Numbered from the stretch's first letter, positions 45,146-55,520 are shown. The stretch is DNA of 64,000 bases from an uncultured Candidatus Saccharibacteria bacterium (GCA_964592365.1 CAZQDL010000002.1:86139-150138); one strand, 5' to 3'. The notes: generated by a model not told the origin, from the sequence alone. Made by a program: numbers and translations.

Positions 45146-46942
45146 ATGTCATCTGATCAAAAAGTTACCTATTTCGGGGTTACTGATTTTAGGAATAATA
45201 GAACAAAATTTGGAATCAAGAATATTGATCGATCTCGTCATGTCTATGTGATAGGGAAGACAGGTATGGGAAAATCAACTCTCCTTGAAAACATGGCAGC
45301 ACAAGACATTCTCAATGGAGAAGGAATGTGTTTTGTTGATCCTCATGGTTCTGCAATTGATACTTTGCTACAGTATGTTCCTGAACATCGAATCAACGAT
45401 GTAGTATATTTTGCTCCCTTTGATACCGACTTCCCAATTACCTTTAACGTAATGGAAGATGTTGGTGTAGATAAACGGCATTTGGTGGTAAATGGCCTTA
45501 TGGCTTCATTTAAAAAAATATGGCAAGACGCATGGTCTGCGCGAATGGAGTATATCCTTACCAACACCTTACTTGCTTTACTTGAATACCCTGGTTCAAC
45601 CCTTCTTGGGGTAAACAGAATGCTTGCTGAAAAAGAGTATAGAAATGAAGTGGTGAAGCATGTGACTGATGCTTCTGTACGATCTTTTTGGATTGATGAG
45701 TATGGAAAATGGGATCCTCGATATGCAAAAGAGGCAGGGGCTGCAATTCAAAACAAGATTGGACAATTCACAGCAAATCCATTAATTAGGAATATTATCG
45801 GACAAGAACAATCATCGTTTGATATTCGAAAGGTAATGGATGAACGAAAAATATTGTTAGTAAATCTTTCTAAAGGAAGAATTGGAGAACAAAATGCAAA
45901 ACTATTAGGAGGAATGCTTATTACTAAAATATATTTAGCTGCAATGAGTCGCGCTGAAGTTGGAGCTTCTAATCTTTCTCAACTACCTAATTTCTTTTTC
46001 TTTGTGGACGAGTTTCAGAACTTCGCAACAGAGTCTTTCGCAGACATTCTATCAGAAGCAAGAAAGTATAAGTTAAACCTTACTATTGCACACCAATATG
46101 TTGCACAGATGCAAGAAGAGGTAAAAGACGCAGTGGTGGGTAACGTTGGAACGATGATAACTTTCAGGATTGGAGCAGAAGATGCTGAATTATTTGAAAA
46201 ACAATTCGCTCCAGTATTTACCGCAGAAGATATTGTAAATCTTGGGAAGTTTCAAATATATCTTTCACTAATGATTGATGGAATTGGTTCACGACCATTT
46301 TCTGCAGAAACCATGTCTCCTATCGAAAAGCCAAGAGTGAGCTTGGTACGCGAGGTAATAGAGGCATCACGAGCTAAATACGCACAATCAAGAGTTCTTG
46401 TAGAACAGGATATTGCTAAATGGTATGAACCAATAACAAAACCAGAAAAGAGAAGTATTAATGGTACTAATACAGGAACACAGAAGCCACAAGTCTCAGC
46501 TGAACCAGTTGTGAAGAAAACATTCATCGTTGCAAAAGAAAGAGATACTTCAGGTCCTTTTAAAAAGGCATTGAAAGAACTTGATGAAAAAGAAGCGGAG
46601 CTTGAAATGAAAAAAATAGTTTCCCCACGTTTGAATACTCTTCTTGAAAAACTTGATGGAAAAAAGGAGGTGCTTGGAACAACAACAAAGATACCTGAGG
46701 TTATCAAGAATATTAAAAAGAATGATTCATATGCAACTTCTACACAAAAAAGTGATAGAGCAGCTGACAAAAGTACAAAATCATCCTTACAAGACGCATT
46801 AGCTCGAGCATTAGCTGAAAATAAGCAGAAGGTAGAGAAAAATATTCCTAAGGTGAACATCCCTCAAGAAAAAGAGGAAAATGTTAATGTAAATCAAAAA
46901 AAGGAGATTCCTGAAGATGTACTGAGAGATATTTTAAATTAG
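45146..46942 (+). CDS. TraD/TraG/VirD4-family (HerA/FtsK superfamily) P-loop ATPase, soluble, with K/E-rich C-terminal tail
   Basis: Walker A VIGKTGMGKSTLLEN, then CFVDPHGSAID (vfDPkG-like), Walker B FFFFVDEFQNF, and EARKYKLNLTIAHQYVAQM (TraG-D_C-like RkyGi.l.lA.Q..sQl). No N-terminal TM helices. TGTGATATACT 9 nt upstream of ATG. Confidence 0.6.
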   Translation: MSSDQKVTYFGVTDFRNNRTKFGIKNIDRSRHVYVIGKTGMGKSTLLENMAAQDILNGEGMCFVDPHGSAIDTLLQYVPEHRINDVVYFAPFDTDFPITFNVMEDVGVDKRHLVVNGLMASFKKIWQDAWSARMEYILTNTLLALLEYPGSTLLGVNRMLAEKEYRNEVVKHVTDASVRSFWIDEYGKWDPRYAKEAGAAIQNKIGQFTANPLIRNIIGQEQSSFDIRKVMDERKILLVNLSKGRIGEQNAKLLGGMLITKIYLAAMSRAEVGASNLSQLPNFFFFVDEFQNFATESFADILSEARKYKLNLTIAHQYVAQMQEEVKDAVVGNVGTMITFRIGAEDAELFEKQFAPVFTAEDIVNLGKFQIYLSLMIDGIGSRPFSAETMSPIEKPRVSLVREVIEASRAKYAQSRVLVEQDIAKWYEPITKPEKRSINGTNTGTQKPQVSAEPVVKKTFIVAKERDTSGPFKKALKELDEKEAELEMKKIVSPRLNTLLEKLDGKKEVLGTTTKIPEVIKNIKKNDSYATSTQKSDRAADKSTKSSLQDALARALAENKQKVEKNIPKVNIPQEKEENVNVNQKKEIPEDVLRDILN

Positions 46943-46954
46943 CTTAATGCTGTA

Positions 46955-48286
46955 TTGATAAAAACGAATGATATGTATTTCATTCGTTTTTGTTTTCTCT
47001 TAGTTATTTTTCTACCAACACTTGCACATGCACAATTTTCTATTACAGAAATTATGTATGATGCAGAGGGAACAGATACAGGAAATGAATGGGTGGAGGT
47101 GAAAAATACTTCCAATCAGGAACATGATTTTTCAAAGTGGTACTTTAGAGAAAATGAAGTGGATCATAGGTTAACATCATTTGGATCTGAACTTATACAA
47201 CCAGGAGAATATGCCATTATTATCTCAAACCAAGAAAACTTCGAAGCCGCATTTGGTGCAAATCACCAATTATTCAAAAGTTCATTTTCTTTGAATAATA
47301 CAGGAGAGTTAATTGCACTAAGAAATCCAGAGAAAGAATTAGTGACACAATATTTATATTCTTCAGATAGTGGGGCAGCAGGGGATGGAAATAGTCTTCA
47401 ATATAATGGAACAACTTTTGTTTCGAGATCTCCAAGCCCCTCTGAAGATATCAATAATCAACAGGAACAAACAAATACTACAGAATCAGGAACTACATCA
47501 AAAACAACAAGTACACGTTCACAGGAAAAAGAATTCATTCCATACTATGAAGCACATATACAAGTAGACGAAACTATCCTTGCTGGGAATCAGACAACAA
47601 TACGCCCCTTGGTATATCATCATAAAGAAAGAGAAGTATCTCATGTAAAAATAAGAGGTGTGTATTTATTAAATATGGGTGATGGTACCCAACATATATA
47701 TGATGAACGTATGGAGTTTGATCATATATATCAATCTCCTGGAACATATATTCAAAGTCTTGCTTTCTATTCAAGTTCCTTCAGATATGAACAGCAAGAA
47801 CAACCAACATTGATATATACTCAATTGATCACCGTATATCAACCAGATGTATCAATATCAGCTAATGAATTTGGAGGATTGGAAATTGCTAATATGCAAA
47901 ATCATCCACTTGATGTCTCAGGGTGGAAGATTACTCACCCTCTTGGATCCTTTGAATTTCCTTCATATAGCTACATTACTCAAAAGGCTTCCATTTCAAT
48001 TCCATATCATATCCTTGGTGCTTACGTTACAAGTGAAATCATTCATGACATTGATATATGGAACCATGATAATTACTCTGTGGTTGCTAAAGAAGAAGTT
48101 CAAGAACCAATCCAGAAAATTGAAAAAGTCGAAGAAGTAATTGTAAGGGAAGAAGTGACTCTTCCTGAAGCTAAGGATGAAGATACTAATCAATATCCCT
48201 TCATCGTTGGTTTTATTATCTCAACTCTTATCATCGCAGGTGTACGTTACTACAAGAAAAATATTGAAAAAGAACCTATTGGATAG
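46955..48286 (+). CDS. secreted lamin-tail-domain (LTD) protein with C-terminal membrane anchor
   Basis: Signal peptide then FSITEIMYDAEGTDTGNEWVEVKNTSNQEHDFSKWYF...IQPGEYAIII...NNTGELIALRNPEKELVTQY = canonical LTD; a second LTD-like segment (SANEFGGLEIANMQNHPLDVSGWKITH); C-terminal TM FIVGFIISTLIIAGV. 12 nt after the ATPase gene. Confidence 0.8.
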   Translation: MIKTNDMYFIRFCFLLVIFLPTLAHAQFSITEIMYDAEGTDTGNEWVEVKNTSNQEHDFSKWYFRENEVDHRLTSFGSELIQPGEYAIIISNQENFEAAFGANHQLFKSSFSLNNTGELIALRNPEKELVTQYLYSSDSGAAGDGNSLQYNGTTFVSRSPSPSEDINNQQEQTNTTESGTTSKTTSTRSQEKEFIPYYEAHIQVDETILAGNQTTIRPLVYHHKEREVSHVKIRGVYLLNMGDGTQHIYDERMEFDHIYQSPGTYIQSLAFYSSSFRYEQQEQPTLIYTQLITVYQPDVSISANEFGGLEIANMQNHPLDVSGWKITHPLGSFEFPSYSYITQKASISIPYHILGAYVTSEIIHDIDIWNHDNYSVVAKEEVQEPIQKIEKVEEVIVREEVTLPEAKDEDTNQYPFIVGFIISTLIIAGVRYYKKNIEKEPIG

Positions 48287-49388
48287 GTTCTTTTTCAACA
48301 ACTTGTTGTTCTTTTGATTTGTTAACAAGATCTGACTTTCTTTCAAGCATTATTTCAAGAGCTGCCAATGCTTGTGAATATTCTCTAGCTGCGACATGTG
48401 AGCTAATGTTTTTACGAAGGGTAGAGAACTCAAGAGCAAGTTCTTCAGTTATTGATAATTTATTAAACTCAATATTTATCTTCTCAATCTTGTCCTCAAG
48501 AAGAACAATACTTTCAAGAATTCTAATATTCTGTTGGTATCTAAGATCTTCATCAGAAACAATTTCTTTAACGATAGGTTTTTCTTCTGTATTTGAAGCA
48601 GTTTGTTCTTTCGTATCAATATCCTTTTGAACGTTGAGGGAAACAATTTCAGTTTCTTTAATATCTGCTTCGATAGCATCAAGAAGAATATTTTTTTCTT
48701 CAATAACAGCGACAGCTTTAGCTACAGGGATAGCATCACTAGCGGGAACCATAGTAGCACTAAAAGCGCTTACATCAGCAGACACAATCTCTTCTTCAAC
48801 TGATGTAAGGGCTATTGCTAGATGTTCTTCCTTACTAGTTACATCTTTAAGTTTTTGTACATTCTCTTCAAGAGATACCATCAATTGATTATTTAGCTCA
48901 AGTGCCTTTTGAGGATCTTGTATTTTAATTTCTTGAATAGTTTCTTGCGCTTTATCAGTATGCTTTTGAATGTTCTGTGCAATGATTACTTGCTCAGCGT
49001 CATCAAGTTTATCTCTAGAAGAAAGTTCTGCAGCTTCTTGGATTCTCTTTTCTGCTCGTTTTATTTCGTAACTGATTTTCTTTTCAGGACTTTGCTTGGT
49101 AACCGCTCGTATTTCTTCGTGAATTATCTTAACAGGGTAGAGAAATTCTCCAGGAAGTGCTCCTGCTGATGCTGGTTGTGAAATTGATCCCACAACTAAT
49201 ACCGCGATTACCGCAATACTGAAGATTCTATGAAATGAAAACACCAAGGGAGCATATGGGCTTTTTTGTGATGATTGATATGTATGAGTAAAAGCCAACA
49301 GATTTTTCTGTATGGTTTCCTTTTCTGAATCACTCATCTTAATTGACATGAGATTATCTATGAGATTGTTTATTTTAGATTTATCCAT
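48276..49388 (-). CDS. anti-sigma-factor-like membrane protein (DUF5667-type extracytoplasmic helical domain)
   Basis: Short cytoplasmic N-terminus, one TM (IFSIAVIAVLVVGSI), long helical ectodomain; start ATGGATAAA overlaps the stop of the sigma gene. ORF track start 49499; ATG 49388 or 49406. Confidence 0.55.
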   Translation of the reverse strand: MDKSKINNLIDNLMSIKMSDSEKETIQKNLLAFTHTYQSSQKSPYAPLVFSFHRIFSIAVIAVLVVGSISQPASAGALPGEFLYPVKIIHEEIRAVTKQSPEKKISYEIKRAEKRIQEAAELSSRDKLDDAEQVIIAQNIQKHTDKAQETIQEIKIQDPQKALELNNQLMVSLEENVQKLKDVTSKEEHLAIALTSVEEEIVSADVSAFSATMVPASDAIPVAKAVAVIEEKNILLDAIEADIKETEIVSLNVQKDIDTKEQTASNTEEKPIVKEIVSDEDLRYQQNIRILESIVLLEDKIEKINIEFNKLSITEELALEFSTLRKNISSHVAAREYSQALAALEIMLERKSDLVNKSKEQQVVEKEPIQ

Positions 49389-49902
49389 GGTTCGTAATGA
49401 GCTCATTGAGCTTTTTAAGTCCTCGATGAAGGTATACAGAAACAATTTTACTATCACGGTTAACGATTGCAGCAATTTCAGAAACTGAAAAATCTTCAAG
49501 AAATCGAAGAGTTACAATTTCTCTAGTTACCTCAGGTAGCTGTCCAAGAAGTTGCATGGCAAGTTGTCCATCAATGACATCTTCCATCCGCTTTTGAGGG
49601 TTATCTTCTAGATGTTGTTCGATTGGTTCATCAGTATAATTATCAATTTGAATATCTTTTTTCTTACGATACCCATCGATGATAAGGTTATTCGCCATTC
49701 TATATAAGAGTGCACGATGATTTACTATCTCTCTTCCATCAACAAGATACGACCAGAATTTCATAAATGATTCTTGTGTAATATCCAATGAAGTATCCCT
49801 GTTCCTTGTCTTTATCATGCAGAAACGAAAAATATCATCACTGTATTTTTCATAATAATGCATGAATGCTTCGTTATGTGATTGTAAATGGTCATTTCTC
49901 AT
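49381..49902 (-). CDS. ECF (group IV) sigma-70 factor
   Basis: Region 2 (HNEAFMHYYEKYSDDIFRFCMIKTRNRDTSLDITQESFMKFW) and region 4 (REIVTLRFLEDFSVSEIAAIVNRDSKIVSVYLHRGLKKL). ORF track start 49944; ATG MRNDHLQ likely. Confidence 0.8.
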   Translation of the reverse strand: MRNDHLQSHNEAFMHYYEKYSDDIFRFCMIKTRNRDTSLDITQESFMKFWSYLVDGREIVNHRALLYRMANNLIIDGYRKKKDIQIDNYTDEPIEQHLEDNPQKRMEDVIDGQLAMQLLGQLPEVTREIVTLRFLEDFSVSEIAAIVNRDSKIVSVYLHRGLKKLNELITNHG

Positions 49903-49994
49903 AGTATATGACGTTTGATACCTTATATTATTACACTTATCCAAAAGCTTGAACAGGGTGGTAAAGGTATATTTTTTTGATACGATGTATCTAT

Positions 49995-50243
49995 ATGGGA
50001 ATTAAAAACTTTTTAACAAGAAAACTTATTGAATCAAAGTTAAAACATTTACCAAAAGAACAGCAAGATATGATTATTGCATTGGTAACTGAAAACCCTG
50101 AATTCTTTAAGAAGATTCAAGATCAAATTGAAACAAAGAAGAAGCAAGGTCAAAATGAACAGTTGGCGATGATGCAGGTAATGAGAGAAAACCAAGCTGA
50201 AATTCAAAAACTTATGATACAACACGCTTCTAACAAGAAGTAA
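49995..50243 (+). CDS. small hypothetical helical protein
   Basis: ~82 aa, charged/helical, no motif recognised. Confidence 0.3.
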   Translation: MGIKNFLTRKLIESKLKHLPKEQQDMIIALVTENPEFFKKIQDQIETKKKQGQNEQLAMMQVMRENQAEIQKLMIQHASNKK

Positions 50244-50247
50244 TATT

Positions 50248-52095
50248 ATGAAAACACAACAACTCACAACATCACTTTTCTACATACTCTTAGTGATAGG
50301 TGGGTTGTTTTGTTGTCTGTTATTATATTTTTTCATTGATGCTCCTAAATACAGAGAGCGTATTTACAGAAATACTACCTTTCTTGATATTGATGTTGCT
50401 CAAATGAATAGGCAGGAGTTCTCTCAAATAGTTGCTGGTATAGAGAATAATCTACAAGAAAAAAAGGTATATCTTAATGCTGAAGTACCCATTGTAGTTC
50501 GTGCCGTTGATTTAGGTATTGGGTTTGATGAAGAACTTCTTTGGCAGCAACTTTACGAATATGAAAAAAGAGACTCTCTTCTTGAGGAAATGAAATATTG
50601 GTTGGAATCTTTTTCAAGGGATAAACATATTGAACCTAAAGCTTTGGCAAGTTCAAAGAAATTAGAAGAAGCAATTGAAAAATGGAAAATGAATATTAAA
50701 GAGGAAAATCCTTTTGAAGGTGATATTTCCATTGAAGGAGTTTCATCAATAGTTCGTCTACCACAGCCAGGATATATGATTGATAGGGAGGCGTTAAAAA
50801 ATATTGCTACGTATACCCTTATTTATAAAGAAGAGGGCGCTTTTGTAGAAATACCTTTTATCTCAGTTGAACCACTTCGCAGTACTGATGATTTGTATAA
50901 GATGCAAAGAGAGGTTGATCGCATCATAGGATTACCTATACAGCTCTATTCAAAAAAATATGATGAGCATATTTTAGATCTAGGAATTGAAGATATTGTA
51001 TCTATGATCCGCATTTCTCTACCAGAAAATCCAGAAGAATATATCATTATCGATATAGATGAACAGGTACTCATTGAAAAACTCTCACCGTTGTATCCTA
51101 AAGAAGCCAAATTTGAAATCTCAGAAGACGGACTTACAATGAATATTATTCCAAGCCAAAGTGGTTTTGATATTGATGTAGATAAGACAGCAGAGAATAT
51201 TTTAAGAGTGAAGGCTGATATTACCCAAAGAAGGGTGCCTTTTGAATTTACTGAATATATTGTTCCAACATTTACTACCCAGGAAGCAGAATCATTAGGA
51301 ATCAAACATCTTGTTTCCTCGTTCACTACTCATCATAGTTGCTGTGCTCCACGAGTTGATAACATTCATCTTGTTGCTGAGATACTTGATGGAAAGATTT
51401 TGAAACCAGGAGAGACTCTTGCGATGAATGAGTTTTTAGGTGAACGGACTGAAGAGAGAGGATTTAAATCAGCAGGTACCATTATTGAAGGTAGATTAGA
51501 AGATACTATTGGTGGTGGAATCTCACAATTTATCACAACCTTACATAATGCTGTGTATTGGGGTGGATATCAAATTGTTGAACACAAGACACACACAATA
51601 CATTTTTCAAGGTATCCACTTGGGATTGAAGCAACCATTAATTGGCCCTATGTTAATTATGTATTTCGTAATGATACTCCGAATGGAATATATATAGATG
51701 CATCATATACCGATACCTCAATTACTATTCGAATCTATGGTGAAAATGATGGACGTTCGGTGATTGGAGATCATCGTGCTTCTTCAGGAACTGACTTTGA
51801 AATAATTAAAGGAGGGGAATCAGCAAGAATAGTAGAATCAACTGTTTCAAATAAGTATAACTTCAGAAAACCTGTAGTTGAATTTGTTGCAGATGATCAA
51901 CTAGCACGTGGTGATCAAATTATAGAATCACCTGGTGAAGATCAGTTTAATGTACATGTAATTCGTTCAGTTAAGCAAAAAGAAGATTTACTTAGGTACG
52001 ATATTTGGCCAGTTCACTATCAGCAAGATAGTATGATAATTCGTAAACATCCTTGTGATTTTTATGATCCTGAATTTGACTATACTCAGTGTTAA
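50248..52095 (+). CDS. VanW-family protein (N-terminal TM)
   Basis: GERTEERGFKSAGTIIEGRLEDTIGGGISQFITTLHNAVYWGG matches the VanW domain core. Confidence 0.8.
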   Translation: MKTQQLTTSLFYILLVIGGLFCCLLLYFFIDAPKYRERIYRNTTFLDIDVAQMNRQEFSQIVAGIENNLQEKKVYLNAEVPIVVRAVDLGIGFDEELLWQQLYEYEKRDSLLEEMKYWLESFSRDKHIEPKALASSKKLEEAIEKWKMNIKEENPFEGDISIEGVSSIVRLPQPGYMIDREALKNIATYTLIYKEEGAFVEIPFISVEPLRSTDDLYKMQREVDRIIGLPIQLYSKKYDEHILDLGIEDIVSMIRISLPENPEEYIIIDIDEQVLIEKLSPLYPKEAKFEISEDGLTMNIIPSQSGFDIDVDKTAENILRVKADITQRRVPFEFTEYIVPTFTTQEAESLGIKHLVSSFTTHHSCCAPRVDNIHLVAEILDGKILKPGETLAMNEFLGERTEERGFKSAGTIIEGRLEDTIGGGISQFITTLHNAVYWGGYQIVEHKTHTIHFSRYPLGIEATINWPYVNYVFRNDTPNGIYIDASYTDTSITIRIYGENDGRSVIGDHRASSGTDFEIIKGGESARIVESTVSNKYNFRKPVVEFVADDQLARGDQIIESPGEDQFNVHVIRSVKQKEDLLRYDIWPVHYQQDSMIIRKHPCDFYDPEFDYTQC

Positions 52096-52137
52096 AGCAT
52101 TATTCCAAAAGAATATAATTATGATACAGTATCTGAC

Positions 52138-53250
52138 ATGAGCTTATCTATTGGAATTGTAGGTCTTCCTAATGTGGGGAAGTCAACACTTTTTAACGCA
52201 TTAACTAAAAAATCAGTACCAGCTGAAAACTATCCATTTTGTACTATTGATCCTTCAGTGGGCATTGTTGCTGTACCTGATGCACGGCTATGGAAACTAT
52301 CTGAGTTTTCACATTCACAAAAAACCATCCCAGCTGCTATTGAGTTCGTTGATATTGCTGGTCTTGTTGAAGGTGCTTCAACAGGTGAAGGATTGGGTAA
52401 CAAGTTTTTGGCAAATATCCGTGAAGTTGATGCTATTTTACACATGGTTCGTATTTTTGATATTGTTGATAGTACTTCAACAGAACAAACTCATGTATAT
52501 GGTTCAATTGATCCTCTTCGTGATATTAAAGTTATCAATATGGAACTTATTCTTGCTGATATGGAAACCGTATCAAATCGAATTGAAAAACTAATTCGTG
52601 ATGTTAAGCGTGGAGATAAAGATGCAATACAAGAAGATGCTCTTGCAAGAAAAATCCTTTCCGCTCTAGAAGATGAGAAAATGGCAAATCGTATGATTCT
52701 AACTGAGGAAGAAAAGGGAATTGCAAAGGGGTGGCACCTTCTTACCATGAAACCAGTTCTTTATGGATTTAATAAAAAAACAGGCGGAAGAAACTTAGAT
52801 GTTACTCAGCCTGATGAATTTAAAAAAGTTGTAGAAGAGGTTCTTGAAACAGGTTCTTCATATGTGGTACTTGATGCAAAAACAGAACATGAGCTTTCAG
52901 CTTTTGAGGGTGAAGAGAAACTTATGATGAAAGAAGAGATTGAACACACTGACGACGGTGTTGACGAACTTATCGTTCAATCATACAAGCTTTTGGGTCT
53001 TATGACCTATTTCACAACAGGGGAAACTGAAAGTAGAGCATGGACAGTGAAGGTAGGTTCTACTGCACCTCAGGCTGGAAGGGCAATCCATTCTGATTTT
53101 CAGGATAGGTTTATCCGAGCTGATGTTGTTAGCTACACAGACCTTATCGATAGTGGTTCATATGCAGAAGCTCGATCACGAGGGTTATTACGACTTGAAG
53201 GAAAAGAGTACATAGTGAAAGATGGTGATATCATTGAATTCAAAATATAG
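52138..53250 (+). CDS. ychF: ribosome-binding ATPase YchF (Obg-family)
   Basis: [20 protein letters not shown]1 motif, [11 protein letters not shown]3, C-terminal TGS-like domain; 370 aa. Confidence 0.93.
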   Translation: MSLSIGIVGLPNVGKSTLFNALTKKSVPAENYPFCTIDPSVGIVAVPDARLWKLSEFSHSQKTIPAAIEFVDIAGLVEGASTGEGLGNKFLANIREVDAILHMVRIFDIVDSTSTEQTHVYGSIDPLRDIKVINMELILADMETVSNRIEKLIRDVKRGDKDAIQEDALARKILSALEDEKMANRMILTEEEKGIAKGWHLLTMKPVLYGFNKKTGGRNLDVTQPDEFKKVVEEVLETGSSYVVLDAKTEHELSAFEGEEKLMMKEEIEHTDDGVDELIVQSYKLLGLMTYFTTGETESRAWTVKVGSTAPQAGRAIHSDFQDRFIRADVVSYTDLIDSGSYAEARSRGLLRLEGKEYIVKDGDIIEFKI

Positions 53251-53335
53251 TTGACTATTTTTTAAATAAGTTGTAGTATCCAATAAAAGATTAGTTCGTA
53301 ATATTTATTTTTGGTTGTTAGATTTTTTTTGACAT

Positions 53336-53370
53336 GGCGCTGTTGTATTCATTGCTTCAGCGCTTTTTTT
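53336..53370 (+). terminator. terminator after ychF (gcgctg-15nt loop-cagcgc + T7)
   Basis: Read directly. Confidence 0.55.
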
Positions 53371-53375
53371 ATTTG

Positions 53376-53403
53376 TTGACCAAATCCTAGCTAGTTGTAT
53401 AAT
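53376..53403 (+). promoter_or_regulatory. near-consensus sigma-70 promoter TTGACC-N16-TGTATAAT
   Basis: ttgaccaaatcctagctagttgtataat read directly; ~29-nt leader to the small ORF at 53433. Confidence 0.6.
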
Positions 53404-53432
53404 TCTAAAGAACCATAAATTAAATAAATATC

Positions 53433-53642
53433 ATGAGCGACCAAGAAAAAAAACTAGCAAAAAAATTAACTGATTTGGTAATGGTATGCCTTTGTTTATC
53501 AGAAGAAGATAACAAAAAAGATCCCATAAAAAATGCAGTATCGTTAGAGGAAGCAGGCTTACTAGACCAAGTCGACTATTCAATTTCTGGCAATGAAAGT
53601 AATGAAGAGTATGGAGAAAAGCTATCTGTAGGTATCCGATAA
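53433..53642 (+). CDS. small hypothetical acidic protein
   Basis: 69 aa; driven by the strongest consensus promoter in the window. Confidence 0.35.
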   Translation: MSDQEKKLAKKLTDLVMVCLCLSEEDNKKDPIKNAVSLEEAGLLDQVDYSISGNESNEEYGEKLSVGIR

Positions 53643-53654
53643 CTATTCTTACTT

Positions 53655-53690
53655 AAAAAAAATGACCAAGCTTTTGCTTAGGTCATTTTC
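53655..53690. terminator. bidirectional terminator (aatgacc-13nt-ggtcatt + T-run)
   Basis: Read directly. Confidence 0.55.
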
Positions 53691-55520
53691 TTATACTCCA
53701 AGTATTACTGGAATAACAATAGGTCTTTTTCCTGTATTTTGAACTAGGTACCGTGATACATCATCAGTAACCTTCTTTTTGAGGATATCAAAATCAATTG
53801 GATTTTTACCAGCTGATGCTTGAGTAACTGTTTTCCTTACGAGCATTCGAGTGTTTTGAATGAGTTCTCGTGAATCTCTTAAATATACAAAACCTCGAGA
53901 AATAATATCTGGAGACTTTCGCATTTTTCCAGTTCGAGGATCGATAGTTGCAATAATTACAAAGATTCCTTCATTTGTTAATGTCTTTCGGTCTCTAATT
54001 ACAACATCTTGAATATCTCCAACTCGGAATCCTTCAACAGTTGTTATATTATTCGGAGCCTTAGCCTTGTGAACAATGTATTCCTTGTCATTAAGGTCAA
54101 CAATTGAACCATTGTCAGGAATGATAATATTTTCTTTAGGGAAATTATTTCTTTCAATAACCGCAAGGGCATGTGCTCGTAGCATTGAATGGTATCCATG
54201 AACCGGCATAAAGTACTGTGCATTGATGGTTTTCTGAATCCAAAGAAGTTCATCTTGGTTTCCATGACCTGAGGCGTGAATTTCATTTGTTTGATATTCA
54301 ACCAGACGTAGTCCATGGCGTGATAAGTTATCTTTAAGTTTTCTCACTGAACCATCATTTCCAGGAATTACTGAAGAAGAAAGTATTACGGTATCTCGTT
54401 CTGTAAATCTAATTTTTGGATGCTTACGAGCAGAGATTCGCATAAGTGCAGCAAACTCTTCTCCTTGTGAACCTGTTAATAGATATATTAACTTATCAGG
54501 TGGAACATTAACTGCTTCATCAGCATTGATGATAACTCCTTTAGGAGCAATGTATCTGCCTGATTTAATACAGATATCAATATTTGTTTTAATTGATCTT
54601 CCTTCAAGAACTACTTTCTTTCCTTGTTTATGAGCACCATCAATGATAGCGGTAAGTCGAGTAATTTGAGAAGCAAAGGTTCCAATAAAAACACGTGAAT
54701 TTGCTTCTGCAATCATTTCGATAATGTTATCAATAATTTCAGGTTCATTTTTTGACCAACCTGGTTTTTCAGCACTTGTAGAATCAGAAAGGAACAGAAG
54801 ATTTTTTTGTCCCTCTGTAGTCAATCCACCATATGCATCTTGCTCAATTTGATCAACTACTCCATTGTTGTGACTTAATTTTGTATCACCTGCAAAAATG
54901 ATATTTCCATATTTAGTTTCAAATGAAAATCCGATAGCATCTGGAATAGAGTGGGTAACATGAAAGATTTTAACTTTCATGGTTCCAACGGTAATTCGTT
55001 CTCCTGGTTCTACTACGATGTATTCAAGTGGTTTTAGGTGAGGAAATTCAGAATTTCTCTTATCAACCATCCACTTAGTGAGAAGTCCACAGTATACTGG
55101 TGGGTATCCTAATTGATCGATGATGTATGGAAAAGCTCCAATGTGGTCCAAGTGACCGTGCGTCACAAAAACTCCTCTAATCTTATGCTTTTTATCAAGA
55201 AGGTATTTGAAGTTAGGGATAATATAGTCTACTCCTGGAGTATCAACCTCAGAAGAAAATTGAATTCCAATATCGATAACAAAGATGTCATCCTTAGTTT
55301 CAACAATAGTCATATTCTGACCAATTTGTTCAACTCCACCAATTGGTATTACTCGCACATGAGTATCACTCAGTTCAGGTAGAGGGTTTCTTTTATGAGC
55401 ATTTGGCTCATGATTTATTTTATTTGTTCCTTTGCGATTATCGAAGTTTCTTTTTCTGTTTCGATTTGGTGATCGCTTTGGTCCTGTCTTTTGTATAGCA
55501 GGTGTTGTTTCGTTATTCAT
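53691..55520 (-). CDS. rnj: ribonuclease J (beta-CASP metallo-beta-lactamase) with ~50-aa basic N-terminal extension
   Basis: HGHLDHIGAFPYII (HxHxDH), beta-CASP and C-terminal domain; N-terminal R/N/K-rich leader MNNETTPAIQKTGPKRSPNRNRKRNFDNRKG. Confidence 0.9.
   Translation of the reverse strand: MNNETTPAIQKTGPKRSPNRNRKRNFDNRKGTNKINHEPNAHKRNPLPELSDTHVRVIPIGGVEQIGQNMTIVETKDDIFVIDIGIQFSSEVDTPGVDYIIPNFKYLLDKKHKIRGVFVTHGHLDHIGAFPYIIDQLGYPPVYCGLLTKWMVDKRNSEFPHLKPLEYIVVEPGERITVGTMKVKIFHVTHSIPDAIGFSFETKYGNIIFAGDTKLSHNNGVVDQIEQDAYGGLTTEGQKNLLFLSDSTSAEKPGWSKNEPEIIDNIIEMIAEANSRVFIGTFASQITRLTAIIDGAHKQGKKVVLEGRSIKTNIDICIKSGRYIAPKGVIINADEAVNVPPDKLIYLLTGSQGEEFAALMRISARKHPKIRFTERDTVILSSSVIPGNDGSVRKLKDNLSRHGLRLVEYQTNEIHASGHGNQDELLWIQKTINAQYFMPVHGYHSMLRAHALAVIERNNFPKENIIIPDNGSIVDLNDKEYIVHKAKAPNNITTVEGFRVGDIQDVVIRDRKTLTNEGIFVIIATIDPRTGKMRKSPDIISRGFVYLRDSRELIQNTRMLVRKTVTQASAGKNPIDFDILKKKVTDDVSRYLVQNTGKRPIVIPVILGV

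Noticed and set aside
46252-46860. 202-aa ORF antisense to the TraD/VirD4-like ATPase tail
   Set aside because: Antisense of a K/E-rich low-complexity region, giving an F/S-rich artefact.
48319-49169. Cluster of small plus-strand ORFs (48319..48630, 48603..48803, 48634..48888, 48909..49169) inside the anti-sigma gene
   Set aside because: All overlap the minus-strand anti-sigma-factor-like gene, which has a coherent TM plus helical-domain architecture and translational coupling to the sigma gene. The plus-strand frames are low-complexity.
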